A DNA stretch of 62,232 nucleotides, filler included, from Basidiobolus ranarum (lineage: Eukaryota): the NCBI GenBank assembly GCA_040143965.1. It is 24 parts of 24 records of this genome, joined end to end, with 100 filler letters (N's around TTAATTAATTAA, not from the genome) between each part and the next. Parts side by side here need not be neighbours in the genome. Positions count along the whole stretch, not along the records: positions 10,429 to 12,932 come from JASJQH010003263.1; positions 13,033 to 15,536 come from JASJQH010003264.1; positions 15,637 to 18,139 come from JASJQH010003265.1; positions 18,240 to 20,741 come from JASJQH010003266.1; positions 20,842 to 23,342 come from JASJQH010003267.1; 19 more parts are not named here. One strand, 5' to 3'. The notes under the pieces were generated by a model. It saw only the letters and a list, made by a program, of their open reading frames with translations, was not told the origin of the DNA and did no database searches. The translations under genes and the position numbers were made by a program. Shown here in pieces: positions 12,428 through 23,442 of this stretch. Every line of letters begins with the position of its first letter. Position 1 is the first letter of the stretch.

Positions 12428-12932
12428 TCAGGTCAAAGACATCACGGAAAATATATCCACGATATTGGAGGTGCCGATTTGGGTGTAATTCAACTTCCGT
12501 TTAGCTTTCTTGGAGTAGGTTCTCTTGGTTTTGGAGAAGGGTGAACAAGGTGATAATTTTGGTGAAGTATTCAAGAATTCTTTCCAGTAACTTCGGTTGG
12601 AAATAAAATATTCGGGTGAAGTACACGCTCGGCTCTTGTAAGTCAAGTCACTCAGCACCTCTCTATTCCAATAATGGCCCAACAGTTGTAGCCAAAGTAA
12701 GAATTCTTTTTCGGTAACGTGTAATTTGAAGTTGATTCCGTTCAGAAATTCCTTTTCAATACGGTTCAGCTCTTCCAACGGTATTCCACTAACTTCAGTC
12801 CAGCTTCGGTTAGTGAAGGTAGTGTCGTCGAAGGATATGTGGGGCCGAAGTAAAGCAACGGTGGCAAAAAACTATTCAGGACCTGGTGCTCGGCGTACAG
12901 CACAATTTTGGGTTGTTTATAGATGTACGGGA
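12428..12932 (-). CDS. Pho80/Pcl-family cyclin, 5'-partial
   Basis: DDTTFTNRSWTEVSGIPLEELNRIEKEFLNGINFKLHV..EF..W is the typical end of the Pcl/Pho80 cyclin box; the last ~90 bp at the contig edge are corrupted. Confidence 0.85.
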
Positions 12933-13032
12933 NNNNNNNNNNNNNNNNNNNNNNNNNNNNNNNNNNNNNNNNNNNNTTAATTAATTAANNNNNNNNNNNN
13001 NNNNNNNNNNNNNNNNNNNNNNNNNNNNNNNN

Positions 13033-15536
13033 TGTATAGATTCTAGATTCTGGTGAAAGTTATCATATGTGCCACAGTAGAAACATAATGGGTACTATAA
13101 GGAAATAGAACTTCTAGACATCATGGTAGCTGGAAGAAACAAATTGGTTGCATATGGAATTGGAAAGGTCACACCTGACTTACAAATAAGTAAAACAAAA
13201 AGTGTAATGGTAACCTTGGAAGATGTCTTATATATTCCATTATTTACAACAAATCTGTTTTCAATAGGAGGAATTGGAATGAAACATTATGATGTCAAAT
13301 TCAGCCAAGGAAAGGCAATGATTTACCAATCAAAGGACTTAATAGTGGCAACTGGAACAAGAATTGGGAATTGATATCACCTGGATGTTGCACCAATAAC
13401 TGAGACTGTTTCTAGCTTTGCAACAGTTACTTCCAGAAACTTGATGACTTGGCATCAGTGCTTGGGTCATTTAAACTATAATAGTGTGAAATTCTGATAT
13501 ATAAATAGCCTATGTACTGGAATGGATATGAAAGCCCTCAGGTATTATTAAATGTGAAAGCTGTATTCAAGGGAAAATCACCAGAAAACCATTTCCAAAA
13601 GAAGAAACTAGCAAAGCCAAAGATTTATTGGATCATATTCATACAGACTTATATGGCCCAATGCAAACTCTGACACAAAGTAAACCATAATATTTACTCA
13701 TCTTTATTGATGATATAATTGCACTTCACAGTTTCATATCTTCTGTCAAGCAAAGGAGAAGTGTTTCATTATTTCAAGATATATGAAGCAATGGTGATAA
13801 TCATAACAGGAAGAAAGACCAAATACCTATATAGTGATAATGGAACTGAATTTAGCAATGAGCCATACTAGCTTTTGTCAAGAAAAGGGAATTCAGCAGC
13901 AATTTACTATTCAATATAGTGCAGAACAAAATGGAGTTGCAGAAAGGATGAATAGGACTTAGTAGAGAAAGCAAGTACAGTGCTGATTGATTCAGATCTG
14001 CCAAGACCTATTGGGGTGAAGCTATTGTAACAGCTACCTATCTCCAAAATAGAAGTCCCACACATAGTGACCATGACTCTAAAACTCCTATTGAAATTGG
14101 GACTGGAAACAAGCCTAATCTGAATCACCACAGAATTTTTGGATCAATAGTATATACTCATGTTCCTAAACCTCAGCATAGGAAATTCGACAAAAAGGCA
14201 AATAAATGTATCCTATTGAGATATCAGAACAAAGGCTACTGTCTCCTAATTGCTGGCAAAAATGAAATCATCAACTCCAGAGGTACCATATTCTTTGAAG
14301 AAAATCTCAAATCTTCTAATCAAGGGAATTTGATTTTTGCTGAAAATCAATCTCTCAATAACTTAAATTTTTAGTTACCAAGTTCTGAAACCAATCTTGA
14401 GCTAACAAGTACTGAAATCATCTTGGAAAATGATATATTAGATATAGATACTGGAATTAGGCCAAATTTGGAATCTGAAACTATCTATCAACATTATCTA
14501 AATTTAGAAAATATCAGATCTGGGACAAGGTTGAAAACATCAGCCACTAATGAATATATGACAAAGCTCAAATCATTACCAATCCCTGTGGTGAATGTTC
14601 CTAGCAGAAAACCAACAAGCAGTATTCCTGTCTCAAACTTCACTATGAGTACTGAAACCAAGGAGAAGACACTATTATATGATATTTTGAATGAAGCAGC
14701 TATACAAGTAGTGAAACATTAGGCAGCACTGGAAACGCACCAATTTATTCCAGAAAATTTGATAGTTACTCTGAGGATACTGATAATTTGGAATTAGCTT
14801 CTGGATATCAGCATATTGTCTCTGTCAATGAAAAACATGGTAATCAAAAAAAGGATATTTTTCCAGCCAATCAGGAATCATGAAATTGGGCTCAGAAACA
14901 AGGCAATGAATTTCTGGCCAATCACATACCTAAGAAATATCCTACTCTCAACTTGGCTGATATTTGATGCAATCAATTATTGGAAGTATGTAATCAATCA
15001 GACAAGTATTCAATCAATTACAAAATTCAGGCATTCAGGTCTCAGAAATCCTACCAAGTGGAAATCAGAAATATGCTTTAAGTGAAACATCTGACAATTC
15101 TACCAAGGACTTAGAATGTCTCAAATCAGAGCATGTAATCAACAGTTTCAATTCAGAAAAAGGGTGGAATATAACTGCACATATAGCATTTTTTGACCCA
15201 GAAAATTTGACACAAGCTCTGAAATATGATGAAGCAACAGAATGGAGAAAAGCTACTAATGATGAAATTCACTCCCCAATAAACAATTACACATGGATCC
15301 CTGTGGATGTACCTACAAGAAAAAAACTATTGGTTATTGATGGGTGCTGAGAGTGAAACTTAACTCAGATGAATCTATCAACCAGTACAAAGCAAGATTA
15401 GTAGTAAAATGCTATGCTCAGAAAAATGGCATTGACTATGATGAAACATTTTCTCCCATTGCTAAGTTTACCTCAATCAGAGTAATCCTAGCCATTGCTA
15501 CCCACCAAGGAATGCTGATTGAACAAATGGATGTCA
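13033..15536 (+). mobile_element. Degenerate Ty1/copia pol (protease - integrase - RT order)
   Basis: DSGESYHM protease, WHQCLGHLN, IHTDL.GPM, SDNGTEF, EQNGVAERMNRT integrase, then WVLRVK...YKARLVVK.YAQKNGIDYDETFSP...QMDV RT. Confidence 0.95.
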
Positions 15537-15636
15537 NNNNNNNNNNNNNNNNNNNNNNNNNNNNNNNNNNNNNNNNNNNNTTAATTAATTAANNNNNNNN
15601 NNNNNNNNNNNNNNNNNNNNNNNNNNNNNNNNNNNN

Positions 15637-16715
15637 TCAGGCAGATGCAGCTACCATGCTAAGATTTTGTAATCGGATATGGAAACTTTGTTACGGGTTT
15701 AAAGAAGATAGACTGAATCTATGCCGGTATTCAATACATTCCCTGCTGCATCTTTCACAATGCTTAGAGACTATAGGCCCTTGCTATACATTCTGGGAGT
15801 TTCCAAGTGAGCTCACATGTGGTGAAATGATGCTGCCTATGAGATTGTCAATATTACTGTATCCTAATCTGATTAACAATGTATCAGCAAAATCAGTGAT
15901 GGATGTAATGCAATGGGTTAAGGAGACTCCAGAGTACATTAACCTTCCAATAAAGGGCTCCTTCAATGTGCTCATTGATTTTTGCATTGTTTGCGCACAA
16001 TAACAGCAACAAAACCCAATTCATGAACACAGAGTAAGTACCTCCATGATTTGGACTGATTTGGTTGTGTGATAATCTGATAGTATTTCTAGGAAAGCTG
16101 CAAGACAGACTTCTTTGTGAGATAGATCAAGATACACAGTATTATTGTTTGAGCTATAGGGCAATCTATTCAAGCAATGACACATCTACTTGTGGCAGGA
16201 CATTTGTTGAATGCAAGTTGTGGATATTTTGGCTGAATTCTTTTTGGAAATTTGCCAAAATCCAAGAGCTTATTCTCATCATGAATGGTAACAAGAGTCA
16301 GCTATTTGCCAAGTGTTAATGCTATTGAAAATTTCTGATGTTTAGCAATTTTTCCACTGTTAGTTTGATGGTAAAGCATAAGGATGTTATTGAGTTATGT
16401 TGGATCAGACAAGTATATACATATGTAGAGACTAAACACAACAAGATTCTTGTAATTTTTGATTCTCATTATGGCTGTAATACAAAGAATAAAATATCTA
16501 TATAAAGGCATGAATATTAATTCAATTCCTACAGTGGTAAACCCAGTATTTTGCTATTCAAAAACTAGATTTTTGCAAAAATTGCAAGAAATTAAACAAT
16601 GCAAGCCAAATATGAAGATCAACATTTCAACATGTATGAATACCATCAAGATAGCATCAAGAAACCATTGTCACATTGTCAAAATCCCTGACAGAATACA
16701 AGCCACAACAATATA
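15637..16715 (+). mobile_element. CACTA/EnSpm-like transposase, 3' part, degenerate
   Basis: HSLLHLSQCLETIGPCYTFWEFP.E.TCGEM and downstream sequence shared with 25070-25942 and 44211-45320. Confidence 0.85.
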
Positions 16716-18139
16716 GACTTTGCAAACTTGTGCCAGAAGCCTCAAACTTTGAACACATGTTCCTGCAACCTTCCTTAACACATTCTATGCATTAATTTGC
16801 TTACATCTTGACAAAACTGTAAATGTCAACTCTATACTCACTAAGTCAAAAAGTGAACACCACCTATTCCTCTAATTCTCCAAACAACTTCCAACAGGCT
16901 CACAAATACTTTAACAGGTTATGAGCCTTGAGCTTGCACTCTCTGTAATGTCTACTTCTCAAATCTATGGAACTTTTTCCTTTTCTGAAAAATTTGATGG
17001 CACCAATTATCAAGTTTGGAATATTAAAATGAAAGTGATGCTGCAAGAAAAAGGACCTTGGGGTACTGTTGTAGGAGAAGAAAATAATGCAAAGCTTTAC
17101 TCCAGGTTAAAAAAGAACAAAGTGCCTTTAAAAAATTTGTCTTAATATTAAAGACAAATTGCTAACAAAGAGAAACATACTGAATCTGGAAATCTGGTTA
17201 CAATAGAAGATCACTTATTCATATCTGCTTGATCTATGACTAGCAACAAGAATTCTCTCATGTGGTATATTGATTCTGGAGCTTCCCAACATTTCACAAA
17301 TGAAAAACATTGGTTTGTGGATTATAAAGGAATCTTAATTAGAAAGGTTTTCATAGGAGATGACCACGCATTGAATGCTAGCAGAATGGGAACAATTCAA
17401 GTGAATTTAACTGGAGCTCCTGAAGGGAAAGTATATACTTTAAAGGATGTACTACATATTCTAGATATTGCAAGAATTTAATGTCTGTATGCAAGGCCAC
17501 CTCAGAAGGGCTAAAATTTAACTTTGATAAGTCAGGATGCACCATCACTCATCAAAATGGGAATTACTTAGCTTTGGGAGAAAAGATTGTTACTTGCACA
17601 AACTAACATATAATCCAAGAGGTTTATGTGTAAATATAAGTTACCACAATCAAGAAACTATTCCACTATGGCATAAGACATTTGGCCTTACTGGATTTGA
17701 TTATTTGAGTAAAATGATCAAATATTGCCTAATTTCTGGAATTCAAATTAATCCCACAACCAAAATGGATATTAATAAGGGTTGTATATATGGAAAACAA
17801 GCCAGGCAACCATTCAAGAGCTCTGTTTAATCAAAACTGTCAAAAAATTGTGTTTAATTCATTCAGATTTGTGTGGACTTATGTAAAATTTATCTTTAGG
17901 TGGAATAAGTTATTTAATCTCTTTTATTGATGATTATACAAGATACATTTGGGTCTACTCTATGGAAAGAAAAGAAGAAGCTCTCTCTATCTTTAGAGAA
18001 TTTAAAACACTTGTGGAGACTGAAACTGGAACTAAACTCAAGAAAATACGTACTGATGATGGTAGAGAATATATTTCAGCATTATTCAGGCACTTTTTTG
18101 AAGTTCAAGGAATTAAGCAAGAAACTACTGCCCCTATTC
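16716..18139 (+). mobile_element. Ty1/copia 5' end: partial LTR (family B, ends TTAACA at 16916), PBS GGTTATGAGCC at 16917, deleted gag, protease and integrase
   Basis: EKFDGTNYQVW gag, WYIDSGASQHFT protease, IHSDLCG, IRTDDGREY integrase. Confidence 0.92.
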
Positions 18140-18239
18140 NNNNNNNNNNNNNNNNNNNNNNNNNNNNNNNNNNNNNNNNNNNNTTAATTAATTAANNNNN
18201 NNNNNNNNNNNNNNNNNNNNNNNNNNNNNNNNNNNNNNN

Positions 18240-18731
18240 AAGGGTGGAAACGGCAACGGAGATGGTAATAGTGATGCTGGAAACGGTGATGCCAATGGAA
18301 ACGGCAATGACGGTAGTGGAGCTGGTGCTTATGCTACCGGAAAGGGAGGAAATGGCGGTGGTAATGGCGGTACTGGAAACGGTGGTGACAATGGCAATGG
18401 TAACGGCGATAATAGATCTGGTGCCTATGATACCGGAAAGGGAGGAAATGGCGATGGCGGCGCTGGAGACGGTGGTGCCAATGGTAACGGTAACGGTGGT
18501 AATAGAGATGGTGCCTATGATGCTGGAAAAGGTGGAAACAGTAATGGCGGAGCTGGAGACGGTGGTGCCAATGGAAACGGTAATGGAGCTGGTGCTTACG
18601 ATGCTGGAAAAGGTGGAAATGGCAACGGAGATGGAAATGGCGGTGATAACGGTAATGGTGGTAACGGAGCTGGTCCCTATGATGCTGGAAATGGGGGTAA
18701 AAGTAATGGAGATCAGGACTGTGATAAATAG
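18240..18731 (+). CDS. 5'-partial Gly/Asn/Asp-rich repeat protein with periodic GAYD[AT]GKGG motifs, ending DQDCDK*
   Basis: Frame starting at 18240 (aag ggt gga aac ggc...) is open for 163 codons; third positions vary in this frame, so the listed 18244-18795 ORF is an out-of-frame shadow. Confidence 0.85.
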   Translation, partial: KGGNGNGDGNSDAGNGDANGNGNDGSGAGAYATGKGGNGGGNGGTGNGGDNGNGNGDNRSGAYDTGKGGNGDGGAGDGGANGNGNGGNRDGAYDAGKGGNSNGGAGDGGANGNGNGAGAYDAGKGGNGNGDGNGGDNGNGGNGAGPYDAGNGGKSNGDQDCDK

Positions 18732-19452
18732 AAAAATAGTAAATGTTTATAATTATATTTATGGCTCATATATGTATACTGTGAGATTTAGATGAATAAG
18801 TTCAATAAATATACAAACGTGTTTAATGTGTGTTTCTTGAGCTGCTTCGAATTATAATCATACATAAGATATTAGTTTTTGAAGCGGTATGTGTTCATAA
18901 AAGTTACAACAGCGTTTCAAATGTCATGATAGTATAGTGGATTCTCTAATCAACCATTATTAGTACAATAACCCAACCACTTTGTTAATTGGTGACTGCA
19001 CGTATGTTGATTAGGTATCTTGTTATAGATTCTCGGCCAGAATCTTAGAATACTTAGGTATAATGTAATACCCAATTACGGATGTATCTTGAAGGGCAGA
19101 GTCAGTAACAGTCACTATTAATAAAAGAACATATAACTATTTAGGTGGTTAATTGGGATGTTTGTGATTGCAAAGATGGGCCCATCTAATATAGAGATAT
19201 ACATGGTGTAAAGGGCACATCATGATAATGTATAAAAGACGCAATACAACTTGTACAAATCCTCACTTGCAATCATTTTCTTCAAAAGGTCCCCCTTTAT
19301 TGGTGCTACCACACCCTCTCTATTTATGCTTGCCATCGCAGCACCTGATCAATGTAATCAATGCGTGCTCTCTTTAACCACTAGGTCTATCTCCATAGAG
19401 CTTGAGAAATCTCCGCAGAATCTGCCTGATAAATCAATATGTATAAAATTAT

Positions 19453-19524
19453 GGGTTCAACCGGGAATAGAACGCGGGACCTCCACGACCCAAACGAGGA
19501 ATCATACGACTAGACCATTGAGCC
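19453..19524 (-). tRNA. tRNA-Pro(UGG), probably a pseudogene
   Basis: GGCTCAA TG GTCTAGTCGTATGAT T CCTCG TT-TGG-GT CGTGG AGGTC CCGCG TTCTATT CCCGG TTGAACC C; one mismatch each in the acceptor, anticodon and T stems, and D-loop GG changed to CG. Confidence 0.8.
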
Positions 19525-20842
19525 CTGCTTTTTTGAAGTAATTATTGAGGCTGGTTCGTTAGGTGAGTGTAATTTCGGGACTTGATTCACTGATAAATTG
19601 ACTGATTAACTTTATTTCGATTGTGCTATTTTTATAGGGTTGATCAGGGGAAAATCGAGTGGCATTCCTGCCGGATTTGGGAGTGTGCTAATTTCGAAAC
19701 ATGTATATAACACTGACGTCCCGTTTCCAATATCTTATAACTTTTGTCTTCGCTGTTGGTTCGTTTTGAAATTTATATCAAGGTTAGAATAATAGTAGGG
19801 AATTATCTTCCAAAAGTTTAGTAATGATTTGTCCAGTAGATCTAGAGATATATGTATTTCTTTTTTCTGTTTCGGTGATTGCGTGACGTGTGGGAAAGGT
19901 GTGAATACGAAACTTGATTGTGGTTGAGGTTTGCTTATGCACTATATGTGTGCAACATATTGAGTTGATTGAGACATTATGTTGTCTCCGAAATTGCCAT
20001 CGCTTTTTGTCTGGATATGCGACCAAGTGCTGGTCAATCTCATGAATTCACAGTTTGCTCCAATGCTTATGAATATCTTCAACGTAATTTAGTTCTGATG
20101 AGAAATTAGGAACGTATAATCGTTCAAGATTTATACCTAATGAAGAATATGATAACAGTGAATGCATTGATAAATATAAACATAAAATTAATACTTAGTA
20201 AATTTAGTACCGTGAGGGTTACTCTTTTTTGATAGGGATGCTTACATAGACTTTACTAATGGTGAAAGTTGCAAATGCGCCGATAGATTTGTAAATAGCA
20301 ATAAGTCCCAATTAACTTTACTAGCTTATAGATGCCAACCAGGCTCAATAACTAAGTATGGTTCAAGTTATTACCAAACATCAATCAACACTGTTTTGGG
20401 GCTACTTCTTTTGACTACGTAGTTCCTTTAATACTCAACTGCTATTCTTTTAACTATGCAATTCCTTCGATATTCAATGCGTATAATGCTAAATATGGGA
20501 AGAATGTATAAAAATATTGGTTTACCTAGAATTAGAATGACAACTACGAGAGAATTTCATAGCCAACCAATGAGATAAATGTACTGCTTATGGAGAACAG
20601 CACTATGGTAGAGTATCAAGGAGCCCAAACGACAAATGTGACTGTTTCTAACAAGATCCCAAATCTGTCCATACTCCTTGTTTACCAGGAGATTCGTTTT
20701 GTGTCCACCACTTGGCTTGCCAGAGATGTCCATCAAAAACANNNNNNNNNNNNNNNNNNNNNNNNNNNNNNNNNNNNNNNNNNNNTTAATTAATTAANNN
20801 NNNNNNNNNNNNNNNNNNNNNNNNNNNNNNNNNNNNNNNNNA

Positions 20843-21043
20843 GTATCAGTATTTTATGCCATACCTCTAGCTGGAAAGAAGGAAGATTGGTTGAATGGAA
20901 TGCTTAAAGGATGGGATGGGTTCACTCGAAAGGCTAACAATTACATCGATGTCCCTGGTGCCCATTACACACTCATGAACCATCACTACGTTCCTTCGTT
21001 CCAGAAGTACCTCAAAGCAGAGCTAAGCCGATCAGGAATTTGA
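20843..21043 (+). CDS. C-terminal thioesterase end of an A-T-TE NRPS-like enzyme (atromentin/TdiA/RalA-type aryl-pyruvate dimerising synthetase), 5'-partial; absent from the ORF track
   Basis: VSVFYAIPLAGKKEDWLNGMLKGWDGFTRKANNYIDVPGAHYTLMNHHYVPSFQKYLKAELSRSGI*; matches the VFYAIPL..K.DW....L..W..F.R....Y.DVPG.HYTLM...V..FQK signature including the catalytic His. Confidence 0.8.
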   Translation, partial: VSVFYAIPLAGKKEDWLNGMLKGWDGFTRKANNYIDVPGAHYTLMNHHYVPSFQKYLKAELSRSGI

Positions 21044-21951
21044 GTATATTTTCTCTTTATGTATACATTTTATATCGCACAAACTTTAGAATAAATCACA
21101 AACCATCAAACTAAACATATTGAAGAGTGTTCTTCAGGTGAAGGCCACTGCAAAGGCAGATATAATTTTTGTTTAAACTTATCTGCCGAACTGTGAGTCT
21201 CTGAAAATTTGTGAATATCATTAGACTCAGTAGGCTTGCCGGCATCACGAGTCTCTGAAGACCTGTTAATGTTGCAAATACCTGAGGACTTGCTAGGATT
21301 GCGAATTACTGATGACTGAACATTGTGGGCTGTGTTACAGGACAATTGCAGGTTTTCAAGATGCTTTACAGGACCACAACATATTTTCGCACTAGCATTA
21401 TAGGATAGTTGCATGTATTTGGACTAGCGTTACAGGAAAATTACGTGTTTTTGAGCTGCGTTACCGGACATACAATCCAGGACAATTACACGTTATCGAG
21501 CTGCCTTACAGGACAATATCATGATAATCCGGGAATCTGGGAATTCGGGAATGCAATAAATTGTTGTACACTAGACAGAAATCAACAGATACTGATTTGG
21601 TGTGATTCAGTGACGTCGCCACCATCCCCATGAACATCCGATAAACCAAATGTGTGTTTGTAAAGAATTGATCATGAGCTTGTTGACTTATTCCTAATTG
21701 TGCCTGGGCTACAGGGTTACGGAATGACTGAGGAAATGGTTGAGGACACTGGCTGTTGAGAAGTAAGAATATACAAGCATCTGCAATATGATGGCCAATG
21801 GATAATTTTGCTTAGAATATGACTCCCTTTTTTGAAGAAGCAAGTTTTGAAGCAATGTTGAATTGAGTGCCTCCACAGGCAATATCAATGATCTTGGTTT
21901 ACTTAAACTTGGCAAAACATCCCTGTTTTGCAAAAGAGTAGGTGGTAATAT

Positions 21952-22269
21952 TGGTGAAATTAGCATTGCCTGAACACCTATATAGTCATATATAGCCTAG
22001 CATTTAGTTTTCTTATATTCATCTAAGAGATTACCCATTATTCTCAATTGGAATTTACTTAGAGGTTTTCAGATATATAAATTTTTCAGACTTGTGCTAG
22101 AAGCCCCAAGCTTTACAGGGACCTCCCTTAACACATTCTACATGTTGGCTTGTTTACATCTTGACCAAGCTATGAATGTCAACTCCATACTTAATGAATT
22201 AATATTTGAAAACCACCGATTTCTCTGATTCTCCAAACCTCTTACAACAGGCTCCCATATACTTTAACA
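21952..22269 (+). mobile_element. Solo copia LTR, family B, with 5-bp target-site duplication (TSD) AATAT
   Basis: TG...TTAACA ends, AATAT at 21947-21951 and 22270-22274; homologous to the LTR before the PBS at 16917 and to 31940-32287. Confidence 0.85.
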
Positions 22270-22510
22270 AATATTGTATTAGTTAGCTTGGACAATAATA
22301 TAATTTAATTGAAATGAGTTTACTTGCAAGTTTCAATACCCATAGATATGTAAAGAAATTAAGCTAAGTAATTAGTTTTGAAAGTAAAGTATTAATATAT
22401 ATTCTACCATATACATCTTAAAAGTATTGTAAGGCCAACTGAAAGCATGTGGATATTGATTGCCTATATATTTTAAAACTTAATTTTAACTTGGTCAATA
22501 TATATTTACT

Positions 22511-23045
22511 TGTTAGAGTACAACAAATTGAACATATATGAAATGAAAGTAAATAATCAGCAAAGATTTAAAAATTGCAAAAGGTTATAAATTTAATAAA
22601 GGTGATACAAGTAAGAAAGTACATGGTAACAATGTTATAAATGATTTCTCTTTCTTACTTGAGTTAAAGGTCAGAGCTCTATCCTTTGGAAAATTTAGGC
22701 AAGCCCAATTCTTCTTATATACTAGTAAGTTGTATATATAGTGTGAGAAGAGTGTGTATGAGATTGCATACCCCAAACCCCCTATCTTCTTTTTATACTG
22801 GGAGTACTACATTTCCAAGACCCCCTCTTTCCATTCTTACCCTTACCAGAACATCTATACCTGAAGACCCAAACTTTGCATACATGTTCCTGGGACCTTC
22901 CTTAACACATTGTAGATGTCTATTTGTTTACATCTTAACAAAACTATAAATTTTAACTTTCAACCCAATAAATCAATAGGTGAGAAGCACCAATTCTTCT
23001 AGTTCTCCAAACCACTTCCAACAAACTCTCAAAACACTTCATCAG
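22511..23045. repeat. Chimeric LTR remnants (family D-like 5' part joined to family B 3' part)
   Basis: Starts TGTTAG; CCCTTACCAGAA segment shared with 8425-8450; 22862-23045 similar to 22100-22269. Confidence 0.5.
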
Positions 23046-23208
23046 CAAGTTCATCTCCTAGTGAAAGATAGCTTATGATAGAATTTTGAGATAAATGGAC
23101 ATTTAAGAAGGTATCAGATAATGTGGATGTTTACCAATTCATTGAGCGGGTCACATATATATATAACATTAATTATTTTTATTTTTTATACAAATTATAT
23201 ACTACACT

Positions 23209-23342
23209 CTAATAATCAACCAAATATTGGGTGAAATATTGTCCAAGCTTTTGAGTCACTGGGTCAACATACTTGAGGACATCGTAAAGATCGACATGTG
23301 ATGCTCCAGAGACGAGGAAAAGTTCTTTAGGTTCTTTGGCTT
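23209..23342 (-). CDS. C-terminus of a YcjY-like alpha/beta hydrolase, 5'-partial; absent from the ORF track
   Basis: AKEPKELFLVSGASHVDLYDVLKYVDPVTQKLGQYFTQYLVDY*; paralogue of 59748-60062 with an intact H-x-DLYD motif. Confidence 0.8.
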
Positions 23343-23442
23343 NNNNNNNNNNNNNNNNNNNNNNNNNNNNNNNNNNNNNNNNNNNNTTAATTAATTAANN
23401 NNNNNNNNNNNNNNNNNNNNNNNNNNNNNNNNNNNNNNNNNN

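Noticed and set aside
18244-18795. 183-aa Met/Val/Glu/Thr-rich ORF
   Set aside because: It is a +1 frame shadow of the Gly/Asn-rich protein; codon variation fits the 18240 frame.
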